From the NCBI RefSeq assembly GCF_036321535.1, contig NC_087447.1:35218001-35282000 (forward strand): a stretch of DNA of 64,000 nucleotides, in the 5' to 3' direction. The notes under the pieces are model-generated. The model was not told the DNA's origin and ran no database searches. It saw only the letters and a list, made by a program, of their open reading frames with translations. Position 1 is the first letter of the stretch. Every line of letters begins with the position of its first letter. Shown here piece after piece: positions 16,671 through 52,985 of the stretch. The DNA is from Camelus dromedarius. Lineage: Eukaryota. Position numbers and translations under genes: made by a program.

Positions 16671-17115
16671 TGTAGACCGGGAAAAACTGCACAACCTAAA
16701 AGTTGAGAATTATGTTTTATTTGGCAGACTTTCTGAGGACTTAAGCCCGGAAGACAATCTCTCAGATAGCTCTGAGGGACTGCTCTGAAGAGGTAAGGGA
16801 AGAGTCAGGATACACAGGAGTTTTTGCAACAAAACCCAGATGGTTGGAACATCAAAAGATTACTGTTAATTAAAGAATAACAGACATCTCAAATTAATGA
16901 ATTTAGTGCTTTTCTATGTATGGGAAGATGAAAGAGTCTGGGCTCATTGAAATCACTCCTTAGATGTGCACCTTGACTGTCTGGGGCCAGTATCCTGTTT
17001 TCTCCGTCATGAGTCCTCTCAGGGCGCATCGTGGTGGGGGGTTGCAGTGGCTGATGGCTTGATGGCCTCAACATCCTCTGTTTACTGACACAGCAGGCGA
17101 CATTTTTCATCCACA
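16671..17115 (-). mobile_element. ERV1-class solo LTR (copy A)
   Basis: TG...CA termini; flanks caac/cacc (imperfect 4-bp TSD); AATAAA on minus; homologous to 17451-17992; appears to interrupt an older hAT-like fragment. Confidence 0.8.
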
Positions 17116-17450
17116 CACCTATACTACTCTTTATTCAACATATTTCTTTAAACTGACTCCCTATTTTGCTTAGATTCATCCTTAGCCAATATGGGCCTCA
17201 TATGCCACTTACATTTTTTAAAAATATATGCATTAAAATACATAACTATTACAATTAGAATTTTGAAATGCTCAGTCACCTGATACCAATCCCTGGAAGT
17301 GTGCTAACCCCATTTTAGAAAACACTGGGCTAGTGTTAGTGTTTAGCAGTGGGATCATGTGACACTCACATACACCAGGGGAAAAAGCAGGAGCTCAGTG
17401 ACTTTGACTTGTATCACAAGGAACTGAGGATAGCTACTAGGGGTTTGGGT

Positions 17451-17992
17451 TGTGGACAAAGAATGCAACCTGCCATATCAGTAAACAAAGGATGTTGTGC
17501 CTTCAAGCCCTCAGCCACTGTAGCTGCCCCCAACAATGGCGCAGCCTGAGGGAACTCAGGATAGAGAGAAACAGGCTGCCCACCATCAAGCCATCAGCCA
17601 CTGTAGCCACCCCTCAACGGTGCACACTGAGGGGATTCAGGAGGGGAGAGAACAGGACACTGGCCCTAGATAGTTGAGGTGCACATCAAAGGAATAAGTT
17701 CCTTAAGCCCAGACTCTTGTATCTTCTCATACATAGAAAAGTGCTAAATTCATTACCTTGAGATGTCTGGTTTTTCTTTAATTAACAGTAATCTTTTGAT
17801 GTTCATCTACCTGTTTTGCAAAACTCCTATATATCCTGGCTGCTCCCTTACCTCTTTAGAACAGTCCCTCAGAGCTATCTGAGAGGATGTCTCCCAGGCT
17901 TAAATCCTCTGAAAGTCCACTGAATAAAATACAATTCTCAACTTTTAGGTTGTGCAGTTTTGTTTTTGTTTTTGTTTTTGTTTCAGTTGACA
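17451..17992 (+). mobile_element. ERV1-class solo LTR (copy B)
   Basis: tgtggac...gttgaca with perfect 4-bp TSD GGGT (17447-17450/17993-17996); tatata box ~17828; AATAAA ~17923. Confidence 0.88.
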
Positions 17993-18912
17993 GGGTAATA
18001 ACTGTTTAGAGCAATTATCTTATGGGGCCTCTAGTCATGAAATGGTGAGCATTCATGTAGACACTAAAATAAAACATCACCAAAATTCAATCCTAGTAGA
18101 TCTGGTTAAACATGGTGGATTGAACTCATATGCTTATCTTAGCTCCTTCCAAAATCCCACTTAAGTAATGGGAAAAGATCATACGAAAGTGTAATCCCAT
18201 AAAGACCAAGAGACTGGAAGAGGAGACAGTAGCAGATGAGGTTGGCCAACAACATTCTAGCAAGTTGAAATCAGTGTGACTAACACCAGAGAGAAATCCA
18301 TGGGCCCACAGAGGTAGGTAGTGAAGAGATGAAAGCTGATTGATTTGCCCACAAAACACTGGATGGGCTCAGGAATTGGAGGGAGCAGATTCTACGGAAG
18401 GTAGGAGTAGAGTGTGGGGCTGAAACGAGGGATGGAAGGGACTGTTAGATGACCAGACTGCTATCCCCAGCATTGCAACAAAATAATTGCCTCCTGTCTA
18501 CCCCTCTGAAAATAGGGAGTTTATTCTTTGGGGAAATGTAACCAGGATGCAACTGCAGTGGTGAGAGGTCTTGGCTAAAGACAGGGGCATAAGAAAATAT
18601 CTGCATATAAACAGAGAACCCCCTTCCTGAGGCAATTCCCAGAAAGCCAGCATCCAGGTTTACACTGCCAAGTAGAAACACAGAGGTTCCTTCTCCGGAG
18701 AGACTAAATGGCCTCAGAGAAAAGTTCCCCAAGTACAGACATTTGAGAATCCTGAGTAGCAAACCGGCTTCCCCTCAGTTACCACCATGGAAGGGCCCTC
18801 CTTAACTGACCTGCTCAGTGACAGACATTGAGCTTCTAACCCACTTTGAAGCACCTCGCTCAAATATAAGGGCCAGCAGAAGGGTTTTATAGCACTTTCA
18901 GATTTTGGAGTA

Positions 18913-18960
18913 GCCACAGCCACAGCCACAGCCACAGCCACAGCCACAGCCACAGCCACA
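18913..18960. repeat. (GCCACA)8 hexanucleotide repeat
   Basis: Directly visible, perfect. Confidence 0.95.
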
Positions 18961-19034
18961 GGAGTGTTAGAAAATCCAGCAAATTGAAATCTGAGGTGAA
19001 AGACAAACAATTTGGTCAAGAAACTTAAGAAGCA

Positions 19035-19185
19035 GGGAGGGTATAGCTCAGTGGTAGAGTGTGTACTTAGTATACACAAGGTCCTGGGTTCAATCCCCAA
19101 TGCCTCATTAAAGTAAATAAATGAACAAACAAATAAATAAATAACCTAATTATCCCCACTCCCCTTTAAAAAAATAATTTAAAAA
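19035..19185 (+). mobile_element. tRNA-derived SINE (Vic-1-like, camelid)
   Basis: gggagggtatagctcagtggtagag (A box)...gggttcaatcccc (B box), followed by an AT-rich tail. Confidence 0.85.
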
Positions 19186-19240
19186 TCTTGGGGGAAAAAA
19201 AGAAAGTTAGAGGACCTTAGTACCCTGCTTGACTGGAAAT

Positions 19241-19378
19241 TAATTTTTAATTTTTTTTGGTGGGGGGGTGGTAATCAGGTCTATTTGTTTATTTATTTTT
19301 AGAGGAGGTACTAGGAATTGAACCCAGGACGTCACGCATGCTAAGCGTGCACTCTACTACTTGAGCTATACCCTCCCC
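19241..19378 (-). mobile_element. tRNA-derived SINE (Vic-1-like, camelid)
   Basis: Reverse complement ggggagggtatagctcaagtagtagagtgcacgcttagcatgcgtgacgtcctgggttcaattcc plus A-rich tail; CTTAGCA loop resembles tRNA-Ala(AGC). Confidence 0.85.
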
Positions 19379-19380
19379 TC

Positions 19381-19770
19381 TACTGGATATCTTTTATTTG
19401 TCCTGAGGTCCATTCTCCCCTTCTCCACCCTGCTCTGGGCTCTGAGGGGCTGATCTGAAACAGCAACACAGTAACAGAGCCCCATGCCCTCTGCCTTCCT
19501 GGCGGAGACGGGGAAAGAGGGAAAGCGAGATGGAGCCCTCCCTGTGGAACCATGGATGGGCTATGTCCCTTAACTCTTCTCAGGGTCTCTTCTCTCCCAA
19601 AAAACACTCCTTTCCATCAGGCCTAGGCCTGATAACTAGGGGAACTGCACTATTCCTTATGGTTTCTCTATACTCTTCCACACTCTTGCAATCCATCCCA
19701 TTATTAATCTCCTCAAATTATCCAGTTTGACGGTGCCATTTACTTCCTGCCAGGATCCTGACTGAAGCAC
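19381..19770. mobile_element. LTR33-like (ERVL) LTR
   Basis: actggatatc...ccttctccaccctgctctg...tgccatttacttcctgccaggatcctgactgaagca. Confidence 0.55.
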
Positions 19771-20869
19771 TAAACAATATTTACATTATCAAAATGTCAA
19801 CACTGACTGTTGATCATCAAAAAAGTTGTGAAATATCCATACTGAGAGACTGGAGAGAGAGAGAAATGGGAAAAATGACATAAAAACACTAAATTCTTAA
19901 CAACCGTAAGTCAGTAGAGAAAAAAAAATTGATAAATTAAGACAGAATGGTGTCATATCAGCTAAAAGAGTTGAAAGTGATTAATCCTGTGCAGAGGGAA
20001 GGAGTAGGGAGCAGTGGGTTGGTGGACATGATGTTTTGGTATGTGTCTGTTAGTGCTTTGGACTTTTAAAATTATCAACATGTATAGCTTTGTTAAAAAA
20101 CCTAACCTTTAAAAAGTCAAATGCCAGGAGAAAACAGGACGGCAAAGGCCCTTTGAGTTCTTCTGAGGACCTAGTCATGGTGCTTAGGTACCGACAGTAG
20201 AGTTGGAGCCTGGGTGGCCCTCCCTCGTGGCTTCAGATCCAAGAATCCCTCTCCGACACCACTGCATTTCAGGAGAATAAGGCCAAGTCTCTCAACCTCA
20301 GAGCCATCTGTGCTTCTCTGTGTGTGGCCTGGTAGCATAGCTCTTCTTCTCTCTACTTTTTTTTATAGCACCTAGAAGAGAAGGTTCCAGCCTGAGCAGG
20401 GTGGGGAGACAGTAAGATGATTAGGGACAGAGAGGTCAATAGTTCACAGCTGCATGGATTTGCTTTGAAGAGCTGAGTCTGAATCTTAGTTCTCCACTCC
20501 CAAGTTGGGAGTCAGGGGCATTAGGAAAGTTATTTTACCTCTCCGAACCTCAGTTTACTAAGTTCCAGGAGGGCGGAGTCTTCTTTACCCATCTTCTAGG
20601 ACGGTGCCTTTTCCTGACTGGAGACTTCATACCGTCAGGGTTGCAAACTGAAGAATAGTAGGAACTTGATAAATAATTGTGGAGTGAATCCTAAGGATTA
20701 AATAAGAATGTACATGTAGCATGGCAAATATTGGGCAAATAGAGCTATAAATATTAGTTTCCTCCCCCTACTCGCTGCCTCAGTTCCCTGTTAATGTTGA
20801 TATTATTTCAGTCTGAGTCAATAAGCTCTGAGCTGAAGTCTGGTAATGGTGAATAATAATAAATGGTAA

Positions 20870-21090
20870 GAAGAACAATCATTGAATGCTTAATTAGGGC
20901 CATGCACTGTTCTTAGCACTTGCATTTATTAGCTCATTTAACCTTCACAATAAATCTGGAAGTACTATTATTATGCCCATTTTACAGATGAGGAGACTGA
21001 GGTGTGGAGAGATAAAGTAACCAGACAACTAGTAAGTGGCAGGGCTGAGATTTGACCCCAGGCAGCTCAACTATAGAGTGTGAGTGCTAG
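20870..21090 (-). mobile_element. MIR SINE
   Basis: attattatgcccattttacagatgaggagactgagg...ctagtaagtggcagggctgagatttgaccccaggcag. Confidence 0.8.
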
Positions 21091-21909
21091 ATTTCTACTA
21101 ATCTATTCATGGAACACAGAAGATGGATTACTATTATGTTTTTAAGGAAATTTCTTTTTGCCTAAGCTATAATTGTGATATTACATGCAACTGTTGAGAT
21201 GTCAAACACCATATTTAGGTCTAGGGATGTGCTCACTGAAGACTGTTAGTGACCTTGTTTTGAAGAGAAACCCTTTCACCTATTTCACCACGTTTCAGGG
21301 TCACTCTCCTGCTAGTTCAGCATATTTTCAATGGCTTTTTCTTTGATCCCAGCCTCTATTTTAAAGAAAAAAATTTTAGCAAGTAGTTAAGAGATAACAG
21401 GATGTGCTTCTCTTCCCACTCCTGCCAAAAAACGGAAAGCTTTTCCCCCTAAATATCAAACATAATAGATGAAATGAAACATTAATTTCAGACAGTTTTG
21501 GGGTTCTAATTTATAGTATCCTTTCACTTACAGCTGTACTTGGATCTATATTTTACATTTTACATCCTAGGAAAGAACACAGAAATGTCCTCTACGTTCT
21601 CAAAGGAATGGAGACAATTCATTTTTTAAATATTGCAGTTGAAGTGTGAAATCAGTCACAAGCAATTTTATATACATTTAAAAAAGTAACTGATTTGGAG
21701 AATGCACCAAAAAAGTGACTATTAATAAATCTATTAAAGGTAAGTCATGAAGATTAGATTTGGGCAGTTTTGGGGGTGAAAGTACGGAAGTAAGCATCTT
21801 TACTGTTCTTTGGGGGAATTTTCTTCCCTTTAGGTTTCTAAACAATGAGTCAAGAAGATGCTGCCTTTCGCTGTGTGTCAGTGAAAATGTGTACCAGCAA
21901 TAAGGACAG

Positions 21910-22150
21910 CAAACATTCACTCAGCACTCATCAGGCGCTGGTCTCTGCCCCAAGTGCCTTGTATACATTATCTGTTATCCTCACAAAAACTCTTATCAGT
22001 TAAGTACTACCATACCATCCACTTCATAGATGAAGAAACCAAGGCACAGATTAAGTAAATTGCGCAAGGTCATACAACATGAGCTGTGCAGCTGGGATTT
22101 GAACCCAAACAGCATAGGTCCAACGTCTGTGCTCCAACAGCTCTGCTATA
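21910..22150 (-). mobile_element. MIR SINE
   Basis: catagatgaagaaaccaaggcacagattaagtaaattgcgcaaggtcatac...gggatttgaaccca. Confidence 0.7.
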
Positions 22151-25100
22151 CCACATCTCTACCGCTGCTGAGGCTGCAATCAATCCTGGGAGAACACTTT
22201 TTCTCTACTTTTTATATCTGTGGGTCTAAATGTTCTTGGATGATAAGAATCTGATTGTATATATAAAATCCCAAGGAATTTTTGTATTCAGGCCAGGGAT
22301 AACCCGTTCTTATGGATTACGGGGTGCCAGAAGTGGCACACTAATAGATAGGACCGAAATTCACAAAAATTTGGCTTACAGAAATGGGACCATGAATGGA
22401 TTCTCTAAGGAGAAAAGTCTCATTGTCAAGGTTTATCTTAAAGGGCATAAATGTGCACACAGGTATTTCTTTGCTAGAAAAATCTCAGGTGGTAGGTTTG
22501 AAAAATAAATTTAAGTGTGTAGAAAAATGTCCAGGAGAAAATGCATGTAAGGACTACCTCAGGACAGTGAGATTTGGGGGTAAGGATACAGAAACATTTT
22601 CTATTTTATGTATGTCAGTGCTATTCAAATCTTAAAAAATTATACTTCTGTAATAATTTTAAAAATGGACATTAATGTAATAGTGATCTTGTATTTGTCA
22701 TTTCATTCTCACTACTCTGTTCACTAGACACTTAACTACTAGAGCCAGAGAGGCATAAATTTGAGTAATAAAGGTTCAAATTTGAATTCTAACATCTGGT
22801 GAATCTGAATTTGAGAGGTCAAGTCCAATGAGGTAAGTATAGACATTCTGTGATTATAACTAGTGTATAGTTGGGTCTTGTTTTTCAGCCCAATCTGACA
22901 ATCTTTGTCTTTTAGAGTGTTCGGTCTGTTTTAATAGCTAATAAATTGGGTTTAAGTCTGCTACTTATTTCTATGACTTGCTACTTATTTCTATGACTAC
23001 AGATGAGTAAAATTTAAAAGTCAAGCCAGAGTTTACCTTATGCTTCAACTTCAGCCTACTTCTGCCATCCCAACAAACGCAGCAGGTTGCCAGGCGGCCA
23101 GAGAGGGTATTGGTTTTTCATGCTGTATTGTTAGGGGTAGTGGGAAGAACTGGACCTCTGGCTCCACTTCAATAGGTACAATGCCATGTTCATACATGTT
23201 AGGGATTCTGCAAAACACTATGAAAACAGGGTTCTGTGGTTACAAAGTTTGAATTTGAAGTCTTTTTTGTGACTTTAGTATACACCCAACCAAGGATATG
23301 GACTATAAACTAAGGCTGATCATCCTGAACCACCGTTCTAGGCAATTCTCCAGCTCTGGACAATTTAAAAGCTGAAAATAAGATTCCCCTGGCATCAGGA
23401 ACTGGGAGAACAGCTGAGTCTTCAAGAAGCTAAACTGGGAAAGGGCAGAGGTAATGCACTGAGGAATCCTGTGCAAGTCTTGACACCAGGAACAGCAAAT
23501 CTAAGTTTAAAACGGGCAGCTTTCCATAGATGAGCCACTGTTGGTTCCAGATGATATATGCACCAACAGGACATCACTTTCTGGATTAAACCCTCAGTCT
23601 GGATGAGTGGATTATCTTTCTAAGTACAGATGTTTAAGCAATCTTGCTTTCCAGACTGAGGCAGATATCACAAGGAATCCTACTCATTTTGCAGTGTAAG
23701 TCCAAACTAGACTAGCACTACTGTTTTTATGTTTTTGTGGGAGAAACTCATTCTCCTAAGGCAGGACTTGATTTCATTACATTATTACATTTTGCAGTCC
23801 TTTGGGCTAATGGGACCTACTAGGCAGACTAACCCCATGTGACTTGCCAGAAAAGCAGCACAGAATTGAATTGGAGGCAGGCAGGAAGGGCTGACAGGGC
23901 ACTCAAAGGAAAAATTAGGCAATGGAAGCCCGGGCTGGCGAGTAAAACCTTCCAACTTCACAAGCATCTTACCCTATCTAAGTGACTGCAGCAGCTTAGC
24001 ACTTCAGGGTAAACTTCAGCTCTGCCACTTACCGTTTTGTGTGCACTTGGGTAAATTACTTAACATCGAAACCATTCGTAAAGATGCTTGGCACAACGCT
24101 GGCTTATAGCAACCCTCAATCACCAGCAACTGCTACCGTTTTCTACAGCAGGGAGGTGGGGCCACAGTAGGCCTAAACAGCTGCCATTCATCCAAGTTCA
24201 TTTTGAAAGGACTCCAAGGATCAAGTATTTCAAATGCAAACTAGACTTGAAATTGATAGCTATCTCTGGCAAAATCTTCGAGTCCTTCACTTTCTGAGAC
24301 TTGGTCACATACTTACAAAAGTCTTTACTTAGTCCCCCTCTTTCTATTTACCAGATCTCCACTTTAATTTGGACCTAGTTTCCAGTCTGGACTGTTCCAA
24401 AGACTTCTTGGTTTTGACCTCCCTAACTGCCAGATTTTAATTTTTTAAATCTAACAAACCAACTAAAGTACCCTCACACAAAAACAACTTACTTGCTTAA
24501 AATTTTCTCTGAGGTCCCCAAGCTTAATGCGTAAGGTCTGAATTTCTTGCCTTGGCAAACAAAGCCATTCACAACCTAAATTAAACTGATTTTCCCAGCC
24601 TCTTGTCACTTCCAACCCTCACATCCAACAAACACTGTTCCCCCAACACACTGGGATCTTTCAAAGCCTTCACACCTTCACCATGCTCGTCCCTATTCAA
24701 CCTTTAAGGTTTAGCCAAAATGTTCTCTTTAGTGAAACGTACCCAATTCCTCCAATGGTTTCTTCTTTAAGGTTCCATTATATTTATCACTTAATCTTTA
24801 ACAGAGCACTTTATCGCTTTACATCTGCTATCCCAATATGCTCTTCTACTTCAGACGTTTTTCTCTCTGCTCCATTGCTATTATTTACAGAGTAGTTGTG
24901 GTGATAATATATTTGAAAACCACTCTGTAAAACTGTAAGGTGTAAGGGATCCCACCATTACCATACTGCTCTGAAGCAGAAACAGGAGGACTGAAGCAGA
25001 AGAGTAATGTTGCCTCTCTGCTTTTACTGGTTCGAAGTCTCAACAGGTTTTTTGGCCTGTTGTAGCCATTTATGAAAGATAACCAGCTTGTATAATGAAT

Positions 25101-25394
25101 AGCTTTAAAAAATAATGAGTAGCCCTCCAGCAGCCCACCCAAGTAAACACCACACACAAGGAAAATCCACAAGATGTGTTACAGTAAAAAGAGGATCTAT
25201 AAAAAGGTTTACTTTTTTCCTGTAATTTTTAATACAAGACAGACAAATAGTGAGTTGATCCTATTAGGAATAAAATATGGCATGGATTCCAGAAACAAGA
25301 ACATATCTTTTTTTTTTCTTTTCATTTAGGCTTTTCAGTCACTATGCAATGATTATCGATTCGCCAAGGACAGTAACAGTCAGATACTGGAGAA

Positions 25395-26367
25395 AAAGAG
25401 GTATGAGAAACATCTTTTATTTTTTTCTAAAGAGGTGAAAATAAGTAAGATTTCTTATATTTCTCACTCATAAGATTTTTAAACTCTTAAAAATGCAATT
25501 TCCTCTTTTCAAAGCACATGCCATCTTAAAAAAAATCTTAGCAATGTACATTTGCACTCAAAGAAAAACATGCAGCGCCATTGTCTTCTGACAAAATTCT
25601 GCATAAAAACCCCACACAACTTTCTGCAAATACGCTCCCTCTTTATCATTTAGGGACTCCAAACCACAAACATTCAGTGCAATATTTATTGTTTCTTATT
25701 TCCGTAGGAAACACAGGACCAATGATATCTTATGAATACAACTGTTTCCTGATGTTTGAGCAACAGTCTCCCTCTTTTTAAAGTACTCTCTTTAACTTGC
25801 TGATGTAAGGTACAACTAGAATTCAGTAAAACTTGAGGGTCCAAGCGGAAGATGGAGGAGAAATACTTAAGGTGTACCCTGTGCCATAAACTTAGGAAAA
25901 AAATTTACACAGAAAAACAATGCCCCCCAAAACCTCAGATTTTTATCAATGCACCCTTTTAAAAAGTTTTTTTTTTAAATTTCTGAAAGCAGCTTAATGT
26001 GAATCAAAAGCAGTTCCTGAGTAACTGCGGTAAACAGTGTCTTTAAAATATACATACATACATATATATATATATACATATATATGTATATGTATACATA
26101 TATATATATATATATTTATTTATTTGCAACTTAGCTCATTTTGGTTCTGCCTTAATTTACCTCCCCAGCTTTTAGTTTAATCATAGTTCCTTTCCTTTCA
26201 GTTCTCAATGTGCAAGTACAATAGCATCAGCTCCGAGAGTCGGCGTGGTGCAGATGTTTCCTGTCACTTGTGTGTGACTGCCTGCATGTCTGTCAGGTCA
26301 GGTTTCCAGAGTCACTGCAGGTCACAGTTCTCTCAGTCTCACAAAACCTGTGAGAGCCACAGGCACT
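25395..26367 (-). other. GTF2H1: GTF2H1 3' UTR with candidate poly(A) signals (3' end approximate)
   Basis: Follows the TGA; AATAAA on minus at 26115-26124, 25685-25690 and 25416-25421. Confidence 0.65.
26048..26124. repeat. (TA)/(TACA)-rich microsatellite in the GTF2H1 3' UTR
   Basis: Directly visible. Confidence 0.9.
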
Positions 26368-49868
<23,501 letters not shown>

Positions 49869-51319
49869 CTAAAAGAGACAAAAAGATTTCACATCTCTAT
49901 CAGGGTTGGATTTGCTTACTTCTACGAGTTCCTTCCAAATCTAAAATTAATAATATGGAGGAAAAAAATCCTCTCTTCCTTTATTCAAATTTGAAGATAA
50001 AGCCGTGTGGTATTATTCCTTTAAAATCAATTTTCATTTTGCTCACATCACAAGTGTAAATTTATACATCATAATTTATAACATTTGGCAGTTTTCAAAC
50101 CATTTCTACATATGCTAATCAGAGTATTTTTCAATTTTCTGTTTCCCTCAGTTATAGTCTTAAATCCTAAAATGTATGATTTGACTACAAATATGGGGTC
50201 TTTAATCTACATTTAGAATTGCTGAACTTTAAAATTACACAGCACCCTACTGGATATTTAGTTCAAATTTGTTTTAACTGAAAAACCTAAGGGTCACTGG
50301 GTTTGTGTGACCTTCCTAGAACCACTCCCAGAGCTAAAACCTGGTCTAAGTTTCTTCCTGTGTGCTTAAAAATAAAACTGAAAGAATTTAAGACCTAACA
50401 GTTCAGATGCTATTTCCCCCATCTTTTAACAATCAAATGTCTTCAACTGCTCTCCATGTCTTGGCCGAAGATTCATTTCTACATGGCTAATCTGTTACCT
50501 AGGAAACAGCCTGGAGCTGCCCTCCACTTCTCCCAATCCTGGGAATCTTAGCTGCCCAACCCAAATCCTAGAGCCTTTTGTGTGGCTACCTGGAATATGA
50601 GGCTGAAAAGGAATTTGAGGTTGTCTGGGCTCAATAGGGAAGATGCCATGATTGATAAAAGTCTGGCATGGGCCAGGATGGGGAAAGTGGTAGCACAAAT
50701 GCCACATATCTGCCATTTCTGATTAAGCTATAACTTCAGTTTTTAGTCCTAAAGGAATGATTTAAAATAGAATTTAAAAACATTTACTTCTTCAGGAATA
50801 AAGTATAATTTCTGAGAAGTTAGCATATCTAGATGTCATATGACTCAAATGTGCCAAGCAAAACAAGTGGAGTTTTAATGTAATATTTCTTATTCACTGA
50901 GGCAGTGATTTAGAAATCAAAGAAACAAGTGAAAAAAAAAAAGTGAAAATTCAATTTCTCTGAAGTTGATTCCGAGTTTTAAGTAGCTAGATCTTCCCTT
51001 TCATAGGTTTCCTTGTAGGCTATTCCTCCACAAGAATGGAAATCAAAAAGGGTCAGTGTGAATACATTTATTCAATAATTCTGTAAAGAGCCAAGAAGTC
51101 TGGGGATTATCCAAAGATGTATGTCTGCCAGTAGTGATTTCTGCTTTCAGAGAGCTTCCATTCTAGTGAGCAAGATTGGGCTGTGCGCGCGCGTGCACGT
51201 TAGTGAATACAAATTAAAATGTGTGAAGTCCCCAAATGGAGACAAAACGTAGAGGTGATTAATTTCTTCACATGAGAGGCTCTGTCAAAGATCTGTCATA
51301 AATATCTTAGGGCAGTTAA

Positions 51320-51675
51320 AAAAATTCAGGTATAATTAACGAAACAACAAAATACACAGGTCTTAGGTGTTCTGTTTGATGTGTTCTGACAACTGTATAT
51401 ACCTGTGTACCATCACCCAGAACAAGAGAGAGAACATTTCCACCACCCTCTCCCACCCCCCAAATTCCTTCATGTTCCTTTCTAGTCAATTCTCTTCCTC
51501 CTACCCTCCAGCAACTGTTTTCTGATTTCTATCATCACAGATTAATTTTGGGCTGTTCTAGGATTTGATATAAATAGAATCATACAGTATGTACTCTTTT
51601 GTCTCTGGCTTTTTGCTTAACAGTTTTTTGAAATTCACCGTATCACATATCAGTAGCTTATTCTTTTTTATACAT
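51320..51675 (-). mobile_element. Old L1 (L1M-type) 3' end
   Basis: gaacatttccaccaccc...gatataaatagaatcatacagtatgtactcttttgtctctggcttt. Confidence 0.7.
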
Positions 51676-52764
51676 GCTAGTTACGAACTGGGTCTTGAAA
51701 GAGAATTTTGAGAGAAAAGGAAATAGGCATTACAGGGAAAACGGATGGCTTGGGGCAAATGCTTGAAACTGCAGGAATGTTAAGTAGCCTGCTCTGGATG
51801 AAGCACAAAGTTGACGATGGGGACGGGGACCAGTGAGGTATGAAGGCAGTTAGTGGAGTTAAGATGGAGGCAAATAGTGGAGAATGTCCCACTATGTGGT
51901 AAACATCAAATAATCTCTAAAGACTTTTCCACAGGGGAGTGATTTATAATATAGGAAATTAATGTGTGGCAATATGAAAGAGTCTGAAGAAAGGGACCAG
52001 AAAGGGCCTGACCTAGGCTAGTGACAGTGAGAATGGAGAGAGAAGGACAAGGAGTAGGGCTGAGGAAGCAGGATGAATAGGTATTTTAAATGCTGCAGGA
52101 GGTGTCACAGCTGCTTGCTATCCCCCACTTCTAAGCCTTACTGTCATGAATACAGTGATGCCATTTACAGAAACAGAAGGAAAAACAGGTTTGAAAGTGA
52201 AGACAAGGAATTTAGTTCTGAACACGATGAGTGTGAAGTGCTGTTGAGTCATGCAGGTGGAGATAGTCTGTATTGTGTGGGCATTTGGAAATGTTGGGAC
52301 AGAGCCTAGTAAGTTCAATAACAAAAAGGGATTAAAAAATTTCCATAACCCCACAACCTTAACTTTAACTTTCTTAATTTTAAATTATGCTTATTTTTCC
52401 TGTATCCACCTTACAAACGTAATCATGACCTTACAAATGTAATCATGAAATACAGCCAAGTTAACTATCTTGTTTTTCACTCACCACTGAAAACATTTCC
52501 GCATGCCATTTTACAATCTCGTTTTGATATCCATGTATCATATATGATAAATGGTCAAAATTCTTCATATATTACCATCTTTTAACTCATTTGATGTCCT
52601 TGTAAGATTCTGATTAGAGGGTTGCTTAAAAAGTCTAAAAATCACTGTTTTAAAAGACTACTTAATGACATGAAAATGATACACTGTTAGGTGATCAAAG
52701 GAAGCAAAAAAAAAAAACCCATGGAGTTTGGCTTCATATTCTTAAATTTAAAAAAAACCCTAAG

Positions 52765-52985
52765 ATATACTGAATACTTATGTGCCAGGCATTGGACTAA
52801 ACTCTTGGTAGGCATTATCTCATTCAGTCCCCAGTTAACAATCCTGAGGTAGGTTCTATTATTAGTTCCATTCTGCAGATACAGGAAACTGGGTCTGAGA
52901 GATCAAGATGCTTTCCCAAAGCATCAAGAAGTAGAACTGGGTTTGAATGTGGGTCAGTCTGACCTTGGAGTTCCATTATGCTGTT
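52765..52985 (-). mobile_element. MIR SINE
   Basis: tgtgccaggcattgg...aacaatcctgaggtaggttctattatt...ggaaactgggtctgagagatcaag. Confidence 0.7.

Noticed and set aside
16671..17992. Possible single deleted provirus or large TIR transposon
   Set aside because: The LTRs are inverted, differ in structure and have separate flanking duplications; proviral LTRs would be direct repeats sharing one TSD.
18714..19100. 128-aa ORF containing a VAVAVA run
   Set aside because: Made from an antisense SINE plus the (GCCACA)8 repeat.
19040..19112. tRNA-like sequence
   Set aside because: No proper acceptor stem, followed by a SINE tail, and similar copies occur at 19241-19378 and 60185-60331; it is a SINE head.
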